The notes below the pieces were generated by a model. That model was not told the DNA's origin. It was given only the letters and a program-made list of their open reading frames with translations, and did not search any database. A program made the translations under genes and the position numbers. A stretch of 64,000 nucleotides of DNA from a virus: positions 1 to 64,000 of the IMG/VR virus record IMGVR_UViG_3300032038_000066, one strand, 5' to 3'. This document shows, in pieces, positions 46,137 to 55,332 of the stretch; positions within the stretch are counted from its first letter, which is position 1; the number at the start of each line of letters is the position of its first letter.

Positions 46137-46980
46137 TTTCTAGATCCTCCTTTAAAATTATTTTATTATTGTCTATTATCACGCCATCTTTATATCTATA
46201 AATATAGCCATTTTTTGAAATGTGTTTACTTTTAGCAGCTCTTTTTACGGTAACAGATTTACAATTGGTTAATTCACCTGCCGTTCTAACTCCTAAACAA
46301 CACAATAAATATTCACCTTTAGTATTAAAAATATATACTATTTTATGTCTTGTATTACCAAATCGGGTGTGAATATTTTTTATGAAAATATCTCCTTGCT
46401 CATTTTTTTCTACATCATCTTCACCGCACCATATATAGTTATATGCAATACCATTATGCCCCATGGAATATCTTATACTATTTTGGTTGGGCTTCCCCAA
46501 TGCTTTAGACGCATCCAAAATACACTCGTAATCATTTACATAATTGAACAATAAATCGAACTGATATGTATGAACAGCTGAAGGGGAATTTCCACCTCTT
46601 CTCATTTCTGACATCCTTTGCTTTTGCTCATCACTAAGTTTTATTCCTGCCATGCCTTCGCCCCCTAAACTATGATTGTATCCAAAATCTCTATCATAAC
46701 TTCTACATAGTTGTATATAATATTTTTCATACATGACAGCTTCTGGGAATGATAAATTTTGATGCATAATCGTATGTTCAAAATTATCCCATCCGTATTT
46801 TTTTATTGCGTTGGTAAAATGTTGATTTTGATAATATCCAATTCCATTCTGCCATCTTTTGTTTACGGATTGCGAAGTAATACCGACATAACGCATAGGA
46901 TTCTCATGACCAGAAATTTCAGTAGGAAGGCTATGTATATATACGATCCACCTCCTATCAGGTGGTACATTATACGACAT
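46129..46980 (-). CDS. GIY-YIG homing endonuclease (free-standing)
   Basis: WIVYIHSLPTEISGHENPMRYVGITSQSVNKRWQNGIGY carries GIY-10 aa-YVG plus R...N. C-terminal NUMOD-like DNA-binding repeats. AT-rich gene. Confidence 0.7.
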   Translation of the reverse strand: MSYNVPPDRRWIVYIHSLPTEISGHENPMRYVGITSQSVNKRWQNGIGYYQNQHFTNAIKKYGWDNFEHTIMHQNLSFPEAVMYEKYYIQLCRSYDRDFGYNHSLGGEGMAGIKLSDEQKQRMSEMRRGGNSPSAVHTYQFDLLFNYVNDYECILDASKALGKPNQNSIRYSMGHNGIAYNYIWCGEDDVEKNEQGDIFIKNIHTRFGNTRHKIVYIFNTKGEYLLCCLGVRTAGELTNCKSVTVKRAAKSKHISKNGYIYRYKDGVIIDNNKIILKEDLENE

Positions 46981-47039
46981 AGCAACCCTGTACTTCGATT
47001 TCTTTGTTGTTGAATTTAATTTTCTGTGTGTTCATATTG

Positions 47040-47204
47040 TTAGTCCTCCTTTTCTGAATCAATTACTTTATCAATGTCGTACTCGAATACCTGACCATCA
47101 ACAAGAGTGATAATCAGGCGGTTATCTTTGATAATAAGTTCTTTAGCCTGTACCCATTCACCGTTAGAGAATACTTTGATTTGTTCGGGATTGAGGTTTT
47201 CCAT
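47040..47204 (-). CDS. Small (54 aa) XkdW-like protein downstream of the tail-fibre tip gene
   Basis: RBS aagaaaggatcaacccc then ATG. MENLNPEQIKVFSNGEWVQAKELII... Its 5' region is duplicated, with the ATG destroyed, at 45013-45072. Confidence 0.4.
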   Translation of the reverse strand: MENLNPEQIKVFSNGEWVQAKELIIKDNRLIITLVDGQVFEYDIDKVIDSEKED

Positions 47205-47266
47205 GGGGTTGATCCTTTCTTATTATGAAAAATATATTTCACTAAATAATCCGTAAAGGCTATTCT

Positions 47267-47836
47267 TTAGTATGTCGTGTATGTGATTTCCGAAAGTCTG
47301 GTATTCCTTGTTGTACCTGCACCTGACTGGGATGAGTTAGTGTAATTATTTTTTATCTTGAATCCTCTTATTTTGCTATTTATATTACATGAATGAGGAT
47401 ATTGTGTTACATAATCAGGACTAAGCGCTTGGTCGAAACTCTCATATTGAGTCCAAGTATTTCCGTCTGTAGTAATGTATACGCGATAGTTTATATTATA
47501 ACCTTCTCCGTGAGCACTTCCTACATAAAATGTAACATTTGCTATTTTAGCTCTTCCACTAAACATCACTCCAGCTTCCTGACCAGTCGGTAAAAATACT
47601 GCCTTATCATACCCAATATATCCATCAAGTAATACGGTTGCATCATTACCTGCTGGTGCAAAGGGAGTAACTTCATAATTTGAACTTCCTCCAAGCGCAT
47701 CAACCCACTCGCTACCATTCCACACTTTACCGCCTGCGTCTACAAAAGCACTATCGCCACTTGAATAAACTTTTGCACCGCCTGCCTCTTTAAATGCCTG
47801 ACTCGTTGAGTCATATATTAAAGCTGCCATAAGCAA
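47267..47836 (-). CDS. Tail-fibre tip / receptor-binding protein (paralogue A, intact)
   Basis: 189 aa. N-terminal adaptor MAALIYDSTSQAFKEAGGAKVYSSGDSAFVDAGGKVWNGSEWV, then a beta-rich lectin-like C-terminal domain. Confidence 0.45.
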   Translation of the reverse strand: MLMAALIYDSTSQAFKEAGGAKVYSSGDSAFVDAGGKVWNGSEWVDALGGSSNYEVTPFAPAGNDATVLLDGYIGYDKAVFLPTGQEAGVMFSGRAKIANVTFYVGSAHGEGYNINYRVYITTDGNTWTQYESFDQALSPDYVTQYPHSCNINSKIRGFKIKNNYTNSSQSGAGTTRNTRLSEITYTTY

Positions 47837-47842
47837 TCCTCC

Positions 47843-48757
47843 TTATGCAGGGTAAACCCAAAGTGCTCTAGTATCAGATGGCGGAGTAGTATCATCCGAT
47901 GTTACAATAACAGGTCTTGTATAGTTATATACTGTTCCTGAAGTCGGCAAGCCTGAACCGCCACTAGATATACTTGTTGTCGATGATTTTGTCGCTGCTG
48001 TTCCTAACCCAAGATTGCTTCGCGCGTTACTCTGCTCCGTGGAGGTTAGCCCCTGACTCGCCTCTGTCGATACCGCTTTGAAGTTCCCGACATTCCCTAA
48101 TCCCAGATTGGTTCGCGCTCCGCTTGCGTCTGTCGCTCCTGTGCCGCCTTTAGCAAGGGCTATTGTATCTGATGTGTTTACCTTGCCATCCAAAGCATTT
48201 TTTACACCGCCGCTTGTCACGGGATTTGTGCTGTTTGCAGTAGGTGTACTGTCAAACGCAAGCGTATTCTGTTTGCCTTGCAAAGCCGTATAAACGCCAC
48301 CCGATGAAACAGGATTGTTGCTACCGCTTGTGGGTGCGCTGTCAACTGTCACGCTGTTTATAACTGTCTGTGTTGTTGTTCCTGAAATATCGGTAATTGT
48401 AATTGTAGAAGTGCCATCCCCATTATCTACAATCCTTGCACTAGGTGACATACCATCTACAATGGTACGGGTTACGGTGCCAGAACTATCCGTGACCGTC
48501 ATTGTATATTGCCCGTTCTGTTTTTCTGAAACTGTGATTGTCGGCTCTGTTATGGTTTCTGTTGTTGTGCCGTTAATATCTGTAATAGTAATCGTCACAA
48601 CGTGACCCGATTTTGAAGCCGTTGCAATAGTTTCAAATGCCTCCTGTAAACCACCTACGGTAGTTTGTTTTGTGCCATCGTCTGTTTCAACTATCACAAG
48701 ATCAGTTGCTTCAACGCTCTGCACGACAGGCAAATCCGCTATCACACTCTTTCCCAT
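47843..48757 (-). CDS. Tail-fibre protein with Ig-like repeats and (A/S)RxNLGLG repeats
   Basis: PT-NS-NPV-SGGV-AL-GK-NT repeated twice. GARTNLGLGNVG and NARSNLGLGTAA fibre motifs. Confidence 0.55.
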   Translation of the reverse strand: MGKSVIADLPVVQSVEATDLVIVETDDGTKQTTVGGLQEAFETIATASKSGHVVTITITDINGTTTETITEPTITVSEKQNGQYTMTVTDSSGTVTRTIVDGMSPSARIVDNGDGTSTITITDISGTTTQTVINSVTVDSAPTSGSNNPVSSGGVYTALQGKQNTLAFDSTPTANSTNPVTSGGVKNALDGKVNTSDTIALAKGGTGATDASGARTNLGLGNVGNFKAVSTEASQGLTSTEQSNARSNLGLGTAATKSSTTSISSGGSGLPTSGTVYNYTRPVIVTSDDTTPPSDTRALWVYPA

Positions 48758-48812
48758 TGGTGCCTCCTTTCTGTGGTTGCCATAATCTCATCACCCGTTG
48801 GGGTTGCCGTTA

Positions 48813-50537
48813 TTACTGCCCCCCCGTGTTCAGATTAGCGGTTAAAATATTGTTATCTATATCATGTGCTATTGAAATAAGGCTTTCGCCCATCAATGCC
48901 CGTCCTGTGTAATATGCGCAAGTGAAATACTTAATTACGTCTGCGCTCAATGTGTCGGAAGTTGCACATATGTTATCGCCTGTATCGGTAATGATTTCCG
49001 TGCCATCATCCGCACAGAGAATGTCAACGATACGTCCGTTTGACAATGCAAGGAACAAATCTTCTACAACATCCTCAACGTCACTCATACCGCCCGACAC
49101 AAGTTCATAAGCGGTGCCGTTCCACGAATAAATCTTATTGTAGTAATCACCCTCTGTTTTCACACGGTACATATCTTGCGTGTTCGGTGTAAACGCTGTA
49201 CCGCCGTTTGTAGCGGATAACCAACCTGCCGAAAATTCTGTTGCACCCTCAACAATGTAGGATACCCACGTCATACCTTCGACAAGTTTAAACGTACCAT
49301 CCCCGAACAAGGCTTTTTTGTTGTCACCTGCTAACGGCTGTGGCACAAGACCCGATTTGCCGCTTGTGCTGTCCGTGGCACCTTCCATAACGCCAATATG
49401 TGAAGAAGCCTCTGCCTGTTCAGCCCAAAATTTAGCGTTGTTTCTGTATGTTTCATCTGTACTTGGAACGTCAACGCCTTTACGCTTGCCGACAGCCCAC
49501 GCCTCGCTATCCTCTGCCCGTTCATCCGCATTTGTTTCACTTGTCAAGGCGTTCTGTTCGGAAGTCGCGGCATTTTGTTCAGAGGTATGTGCCAATTCCG
49601 AATAATACTTCGCATTGTTATGGTATGTATCATCCGTTTGTTGAACATCCACACCGCCACGTTGACCGACAGCCCACGCCTCGGAATTGCTTTCGGAAGT
49701 CGAAGCATTTGTAGCAGACGTTTGCGCCAAACCTCTGTAATAGTTTGCGTTGTCGGTATCTTCACCCTGTCGGGAATTTGTACCGCCGTGAGCATAGCTT
49801 TCAGCTTCGGTTGCGCTTGCGTCAGAAGCCGTTGCCCGTGTATCTGCTATCTCTTTGAAATACTTTGAGTTGTTGTGGTATGCCGGGTCACTAGACCCAA
49901 CATCAACGCCGTTGCGCTGTCCATTCGCCCATGCTTCGGAATTAGCCACCTGTGAAGCGGATTGTTCTGAATAATACTTGCTGTTGTTGTGGTATGTCGC
50001 ATCCGAACTGCCTACGTCAGTTCCGTCTCTTTTACCTACCGCCCAAGCCTCGGAATCTTCCGCGCGACTATCTGATGAGGTGGCGCTTGCGCTTGCCTGT
50101 TCAGAGTAATATTTGGCGTTGTTGTGATAAGCCACATCACCGCTAGTCACGTCTACGCCATTCCTCTGCCCCACAGCATATGCTTCAGCATTCAATTTGT
50201 TTGTGGTAGACGTTGTAGCACTTGCGCCTGCCTGTTCAGAATAGTATTTACTGTTATTATGATAAGTCGGATCACCGCTTGTTACGTCTACGCCATCCCG
50301 TTTGCCGACAGCGTAAGCCTCTGAATTTAGCTTTGACGTTTCTGCCTGTTGCGCATATTCGATAACCCTAGGCTCGTACCCTTCAAGGGCTGTCGCTCTG
50401 GCATCTAACGCAACGACACGATCATCAATAATATTCAAGGCATTGTCACCGACATTTAGATTAGTCTCATTCAGCGGTGTAGCCGTTGACGGTTCATTTT
50501 CCCAATTCCTACGGGAAAAGACCTTTGAATAAGCCAT
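48813..50537 (-). CDS. Tail-fibre protein with about seven tandem 33-36-aa repeats (SEAWAVGKRDGVDV-SSD-TYHNNAKYYSEQA)
   Basis: Repeats read directly from the translation. C-terminal globular domain. Confidence 0.55.
   Translation of the reverse strand: MAYSKVFSRRNWENEPSTATPLNETNLNVGDNALNIIDDRVVALDARATALEGYEPRVIEYAQQAETSKLNSEAYAVGKRDGVDVTSGDPTYHNNSKYYSEQAGASATTSTTNKLNAEAYAVGQRNGVDVTSGDVAYHNNAKYYSEQASASATSSDSRAEDSEAWAVGKRDGTDVGSSDATYHNNSKYYSEQSASQVANSEAWANGQRNGVDVGSSDPAYHNNSKYFKEIADTRATASDASATEAESYAHGGTNSRQGEDTDNANYYRGLAQTSATNASTSESNSEAWAVGQRGGVDVQQTDDTYHNNAKYYSELAHTSEQNAATSEQNALTSETNADERAEDSEAWAVGKRKGVDVPSTDETYRNNAKFWAEQAEASSHIGVMEGATDSTSGKSGLVPQPLAGDNKKALFGDGTFKLVEGMTWVSYIVEGATEFSAGWLSATNGGTAFTPNTQDMYRVKTEGDYYNKIYSWNGTAYELVSGGMSDVEDVVEDLFLALSNGRIVDILCADDGTEIITDTGDNICATSDTLSADVIKYFTCAYYTGRALMGESLISIAHDIDNNILTANLNTGGQ
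49430..50330. repeat. Tandem coding repeats, about 100-105 nt, about seven copies, inside tail-fibre gene 48813..50537
   Basis: The periodic protein motif (Y/W)AVG(K/Q)R-G-DV...YHNN(A/S)KY(Y/F) implies DNA-level direct repeats. Antisense ORFs 49318..49868 mirror them. Confidence 0.5.
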
Positions 50538-50735
50538 CCCTAACCTCCTTCCTTATGATTTACACGAAAAAGGCGATAGCCAAACGCTACCGCCTTAACC
50601 CCTGTTCTCTTTCCCATTTGCGTTGTGCCAACAGTTTCACAACGTCCTCTCTGTATTCTGTCGGGATACTTTCAATCGTTCGGTATCCATCTTCAACAGT
50701 AATCGCATATACTTCAACTGTGTATTCGTAATCCA

Positions 50736-51431
50736 TTATATACTTTCAAGACCTGCCTTCCATGTTTTGTCACCTACAACGCCATCGGCTGTCAGTTTGT
50801 GCTTTTTCTGAAAAGCTTTTGTTTTTGCCACGGTACTATCACCGAAACTACCATCAACCGTTGTGCCTACAATGACCTGCCAAATCTTGACCGCCTTACC
50901 CTTTGAACCTTTTTTTATAGTAGTCATACTAACATCCTCCGCCCTCTTAACCGATGTAGTAGTTTTATTTGTAACTGGCTTGCTATCGCCCCAGGTTTTT
51001 ACAAACTTTTCATATGTGCCGTATTTAGTCCGTAGCTTTTCGGTTGTGCTACCCCAATCAGGCAATTGGAAATGCGGTTTATCTTTTATAGACTTCCAAT
51101 CTCCACCCCATTCCAAGCCTAATGACTTGCCGACCTTACCGACCTTTGAAAAGAACCCGTCCGAATCATCATAGGCACCTTTGCCATCAGCGCGGCAAAA
51201 GTCGATAGCGATGCCCCAATTGTGCATGGAATAACCACCACGGGCATTTGTGACTCTATTGCCGGGCTTTGTTCGTCCTTTCGCATATAAAGCGTCCTGT
51301 TCGGCTTTTGACCGATAGCCCTGTGTAATCTTTATCGGGATACCTTTTCTTTCGCAAGCGGTAACAAGTTCATTCGTCAACTTCCTCAACCTCGGGTGCA
51401 ACTTCTTCATATCCATTTTTCGGTTCCTCAC
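50736..51431 (-). CDS. Endolysin: M15-family peptidase with a C-terminal peptidoglycan-binding (PG_binding_1) domain
   Basis: YSMHNWGIAIDF (zinc-ligand His/Asp) and a C-terminal AVKIWQVIVG...DGSFGDSTVAKTKAFQKKHKLTADGVVGDKTW repeat. The true start is probably MDMKK. Confidence 0.7.
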   Translation of the reverse strand: MRNRKMDMKKLHPRLRKLTNELVTACERKGIPIKITQGYRSKAEQDALYAKGRTKPGNRVTNARGGYSMHNWGIAIDFCRADGKGAYDDSDGFFSKVGKVGKSLGLEWGGDWKSIKDKPHFQLPDWGSTTEKLRTKYGTYEKFVKTWGDSKPVTNKTTTSVKRAEDVSMTTIKKGSKGKAVKIWQVIVGTTVDGSFGDSTVAKTKAFQKKHKLTADGVVGDKTWKAGLESI

Positions 51432-51903
51432 TTTCAGATTTTATATCCATGAGTTTTTTTGTAACGTCCAATCCCTTGATAAGAAACTCTGGCACGTCAA
51501 CGCCTATCTCAACCAAATTTTCAAGGATACTGCGCAATTCATTTACGATATACATAGCAAGGGTAAGCCATCCGAAAAGCGTTACAAAATGCAGATCAAC
51601 GCCGATAAGTTTACCCATATCCATAAATGAGAATGACACATAAAAGGCTATTCCGATAACAACTAATTGCCATACTTTCTTCATTGCGCCTGCCGCGCCC
51701 TTAACGGATGATTCTTTGTGAAGCACCCGTGCTTTGTAGTTGCCCGTTATCCAATCCAAAATCTCCAACACAAGGAAACCTGCGAACAATATCCAATGTT
51801 CGCCAAAAGCCAATGTTAAGAGGCTAATGATTGCGCCATATCCCACGTTTACAACGTCAAATACCTTTGGTGTATCTCCCACAACTCCTGTTAAATGCCC
51901 CAT
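51370..51903 (-). CDS. Holin (Phage_holin_4_1 / LL-H-like family)
   Basis: Three or four TM helices and LVLEILDWITGNYKA. Acidic C-terminal tail. Overlaps the endolysin start. Confidence 0.6.
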   Translation of the reverse strand: MGHLTGVVGDTPKVFDVVNVGYGAIISLLTLAFGEHWILFAGFLVLEILDWITGNYKARVLHKESSVKGAAGAMKKVWQLVVIGIAFYVSFSFMDMGKLIGVDLHFVTLFGWLTLAMYIVNELRSILENLVEIGVDVPEFLIKGLDVTKKLMDIKSESEEPKNGYEEVAPEVEEVDE

Positions 51904-51914
51904 GGCGCACCTCC

Positions 51915-52130
51915 TTAACCGACAGCCTCTATGACTTCTTCCTGAAACTGTGAATAATCTGCCTCTACAACGTCTGTGTGCAACTTGTAAACGTCCAAGT
52001 TGTTGATTGTCTTTGAGAAAATCAGCATCTTTGTATTGCCGTTATACGAAGCATTGAAAGACGCTATGCTATCACCTTCCAACTCCGACACCGCCGTAAA
52101 ATTCATTGAATTACTTCTGTTCGCCAACAT
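51915..52130 (-). CDS. Hypothetical small protein
   Basis: 71-aa ORF between the tail spike and the holin. Confidence 0.3.
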   Translation of the reverse strand: MLANRSNSMNFTAVSELEGDSIASFNASYNGNTKMLIFSKTINNLDVYKLHTDVVEADYSQFQEEVIEAVG

Positions 52131-54885
52131 TCAATACCTCCTTTAACATTGCCTTTAACTCTGCTACTTCTGATTTCAGGGCATCTATTTCCCTACCCTG
52201 TTCCTCTATCTGTCGCTGTTGCTTCTGTATCATTTGGATATGCAAGGCGTGGAACTCATCCAAGATAAACTCTTGTAATGCATCATCCTTGACATATTTA
52301 TCCTCATGCCCTAAAGCGTCTGCTTCTCTTGTGTGCCAGATAGCATATTCGTTATTTGATAAATCTACGCCCTCTTCGTCACATATACGCTTGAAATCCT
52401 GTGCGATAAATCCAAAGTGAATACCTCTATCCTCAAACCCTAAATCGTCATGGTATTTATACCGTATCGGTTCAAGACGCATATAAACGGCTGTGAAATC
52501 GTCAAGAGATTTAATATCTTTCTTTAATCGCTTGTCGGATGATACATTGACCGTTACATTGGTTACTGTTATTGTCTTACCGCTCTTTGTTGCGGATTTA
52601 ACTATTGTATGGTTACTCCATGTAGACCAAGTGTTGCCCCATGATTCTTGTTCAACGCTATTAACATACCCATTCAACGATTGGTGGCTTGTTAATACGC
52701 TCTTATCTTTGACTTTTAAGCTCGCAGCGTTAATATTGAGCGTCTGATCTGCCAAATGTGACGATAAAACAAAAGACGAAGCACTTATCTGTACGCCTGC
52801 TACATACAAGTAATTAGCCTGCAATACGTTTAATATCATTGACCCATATTCAGAAGATGATTTCTTTAATGAAATATAGCCATTGTTACCACCATAATTT
52901 GTTGCTTCAAGCCAAGCCTCGCTACTCCCTGTCTGAATAGTCAATTTGCTTTTTGCTATAAAATTCGTAGCTGTGGCATTTCCGCTTGCGTCTAACTGAA
53001 AATTCCCTGTCGTTATCAGCAAGCGACCTGCCGTGAGTGAAATAGTATCAGCCGATTGATTTATCTCGGATACCACATCACCCTTAACAACCCTCTGTGT
53101 TATGGCGTTTGCGTTGACTTCAATACTCGCTCTCAAAGTATTTTCAGACGAAATAGCCCGTGACGCTTCAAGAGTTATCGCATCTGCCGTCTGCGTTATC
53201 TGCGTCTGCAACATTGCCTTTGTTGTGCCTAGCGTTTTTGAATAAACCCATCTGTAACGCGTGACATTATCATCCGTATAGCTTTCAAGGAAGTATACCT
53301 TGCCCGTTTCCTCGTCAAGATATTTCTTACCTACATCCGAAGGGTCATATTCTGTTTCAACGCCTGTGGCTGTATAAACTTTAGTCCATACAAAAGTATC
53401 TGCGTTAGGGGCTATCCGATAAAGGCGATATACAAAACCCGTGGTAGTATCCAAATACCCCATGTAAAGGTCATCTTCCGTGTAGTTTGATGTATCGGGT
53501 GGCAAGCCTTCGCCCTCAATATCCCACTCAACTAAAGAATCATCCCAATCTACGACCCTATCACCTGTTGTCGGGTCACCAAATCCGTATTCGTCTATGT
53601 TCTCGTTTGTTTCATCCCAAACGTCAATAGCTGCGCTTACAGAGTTGCGCCATTCCTTGCTTATTTCTTCTACTCTTTCCTCAACCTCGCCTACATAGCT
53701 TTCAACCTCGGATGATTTTGTTTCCTGTTCCACCTGCCTTGCTTCATAGCTGTTGACCGAATAGGTGTAGTATTCTGTGCCTTGTGCCTCATACGTGTCA
53801 TACAGAGCCGTTATACCGCTCATAGACCGCTTCATTATAGGAAACAGTACCGAATCATTTTCAGACGTTGCACGAACCAAATCGCCAACTTGCGCCCATA
53901 CCCTTGCCCTTGCCGTAACCTTTGTGGGATTATAAAAGAACCCCTTAACCATTTCAACAAATGATGAACAAATGCCCTGCAAAGATGAAGTTGTCTGTCC
54001 GTACATCAAAACGCTATCTCTAAACTGATAGACATTGTTTGACGTGCCTGCGCTAACCTCTGGCGTATTCTCTGTGTATTCAAAACGTGCGCCCGTTATC
54101 TTATGCGTGAAATAATCCGAATAGACAAGACCGCCCAATATCGGCGCACCCTCAACAGTATTACCATCCAATACCATATCCGCGCCCTCTGACGGATACA
54201 ACGAATTGGACGGGTACAAATCATCTGCCGGGGATGACCTGCTCCTATCGGATATTTCCACATACTGAAACCTGCCATCATAATTGAGAAATCCGAATGT
54301 TGCGGAAGTCTCGCAAATGCCTAAAATTATATCCGCTCCCGACAAAGAGGTAACGCCGCTTTTCTTCCTCAAAACAAGGTTGTCCTGTTCAAGCGTTGCC
54401 GTTTCCTGTTCTATCCCTATGTGTTCAAAAAACGCATTTCTAAAATGCACCATAGAGGGCGTTCCGTGGCTGTCAAAGTATGAGTTGTACCATTCCGCAT
54501 AGTTTGTATTCAGAACGTCATACAACGCATCATACGCCGTCAGAGTCCTATATGCCCTATCATCCGACCTCACATCACTATCAACCTTGTACGTTCCGAG
54601 GTTTTGGATATAATACTGTTCTTCTTCATCCACAGCCGCCATGCTAACTGTCATTGTCAGCCCTTTGTACTGTTTGCCCGTATTGAATATCTGAACCTTG
54701 CAACACGCCGATGATGTAAGCCCAAAACACAACTGATCTTCTGTGCATAGAGCCTGTTCAAGCGAAAAACTCTCTAACACTATCCCGTCATCATCTATCG
54801 TGGTTCCATCCGAGAATGACAACAATATGAATTTTTGATTTCCATTTAACCACGCCTGTTTAAAGGCATCTGATACTGTAATCAT
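52111..54885 (-). CDS. Tail protein / tail spike with a C-terminal S74 intramolecular-chaperone autoproteolytic domain
   Basis: 924 aa. The C-terminal SSDKRLKKDIKSL...IRYKY...FGFIAQD matches the S74 domain, followed by a coiled coil. The N-terminus resembles siphovirus tail endopeptidase-type proteins. Confidence 0.6.
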   Translation of the reverse strand: MITVSDAFKQAWLNGNQKFILLSFSDGTTIDDDGIVLESFSLEQALCTEDQLCFGLTSSACCKVQIFNTGKQYKGLTMTVSMAAVDEEEQYYIQNLGTYKVDSDVRSDDRAYRTLTAYDALYDVLNTNYAEWYNSYFDSHGTPSMVHFRNAFFEHIGIEQETATLEQDNLVLRKKSGVTSLSGADIILGICETSATFGFLNYDGRFQYVEISDRSRSSPADDLYPSNSLYPSEGADMVLDGNTVEGAPILGGLVYSDYFTHKITGARFEYTENTPEVSAGTSNNVYQFRDSVLMYGQTTSSLQGICSSFVEMVKGFFYNPTKVTARARVWAQVGDLVRATSENDSVLFPIMKRSMSGITALYDTYEAQGTEYYTYSVNSYEARQVEQETKSSEVESYVGEVEERVEEISKEWRNSVSAAIDVWDETNENIDEYGFGDPTTGDRVVDWDDSLVEWDIEGEGLPPDTSNYTEDDLYMGYLDTTTGFVYRLYRIAPNADTFVWTKVYTATGVETEYDPSDVGKKYLDEETGKVYFLESYTDDNVTRYRWVYSKTLGTTKAMLQTQITQTADAITLEASRAISSENTLRASIEVNANAITQRVVKGDVVSEINQSADTISLTAGRLLITTGNFQLDASGNATATNFIAKSKLTIQTGSSEAWLEATNYGGNNGYISLKKSSSEYGSMILNVLQANYLYVAGVQISASSFVLSSHLADQTLNINAASLKVKDKSVLTSHQSLNGYVNSVEQESWGNTWSTWSNHTIVKSATKSGKTITVTNVTVNVSSDKRLKKDIKSLDDFTAVYMRLEPIRYKYHDDLGFEDRGIHFGFIAQDFKRICDEEGVDLSNNEYAIWHTREADALGHEDKYVKDDALQEFILDEFHALHIQMIQKQQRQIEEQGREIDALKSEVAELKAMLKEVLNVGEQK

Positions 54886-54887
54886 AT

Positions 54888-55289
54888 TTAATACCCTATA
54901 AATTCAAGTGTTGAGCCGTTCATTATTCCCTTACTGTTCTTTATCCAGTACGGATTGTGTTCTACATCCGGGATATACGCATCCGTTGTTTCGATATTGC
55001 CCGTTTCAAAGTTATAATATCCAAGGCGCAACTTCTTCTCTTTCGCCACGGTATACTTGCTACGGATAAACGCCCACATTTCTTCATACTCTGACAATTT
55101 CATAGGCACGGTCTGAAATGTCACCGTCACCGATTTATGGGATACAACATTTCTCTGTAACTCGCCCTTTGTTGTCCTTGTGGAATCCAAATCTAATGTA
55201 TGTGGCGTGACCGAATACGAATCCGCATATATCCATTTTGACGGAAACTTTGTACCGCCTAATGTAATCAATGTTCCGTTGTAAGCCAT
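54888..55289 (-). CDS. Hypothetical tail-associated protein (possible distal tail component)
   Basis: 133-aa ORF, stop/start-coupled to the tail-spike gene. Confidence 0.35.
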   Translation of the reverse strand: MAYNGTLITLGGTKFPSKWIYADSYSVTPHTLDLDSTRTTKGELQRNVVSHKSVTVTFQTVPMKLSEYEEMWAFIRSKYTVAKEKKLRLGYYNFETGNIETTDAYIPDVEHNPYWIKNSKGIMNGSTLEFIGY

Positions 55290-55302
55290 ATCATTATCTC
55301 CA

Positions 55303-55332
55303 TCAAAAAAAGCACCCCAAAAGGTGCTTTTA
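55303..55332 (-). terminator. Bidirectional rho-independent terminator (AGCACC-ccaaaa-GGTGCT flanked by an A7 and a T4 run)
   Basis: Read directly. Immediately after the stop of 55330..56208. Confidence 0.5.

Noticed and set aside
48813-50537. Diversity-generating retroelement targeting the repeat-rich tail fibre
   Set aside because: No reverse transcriptase gene and no template/variable repeat pair differing at adenines were found anywhere in the window.
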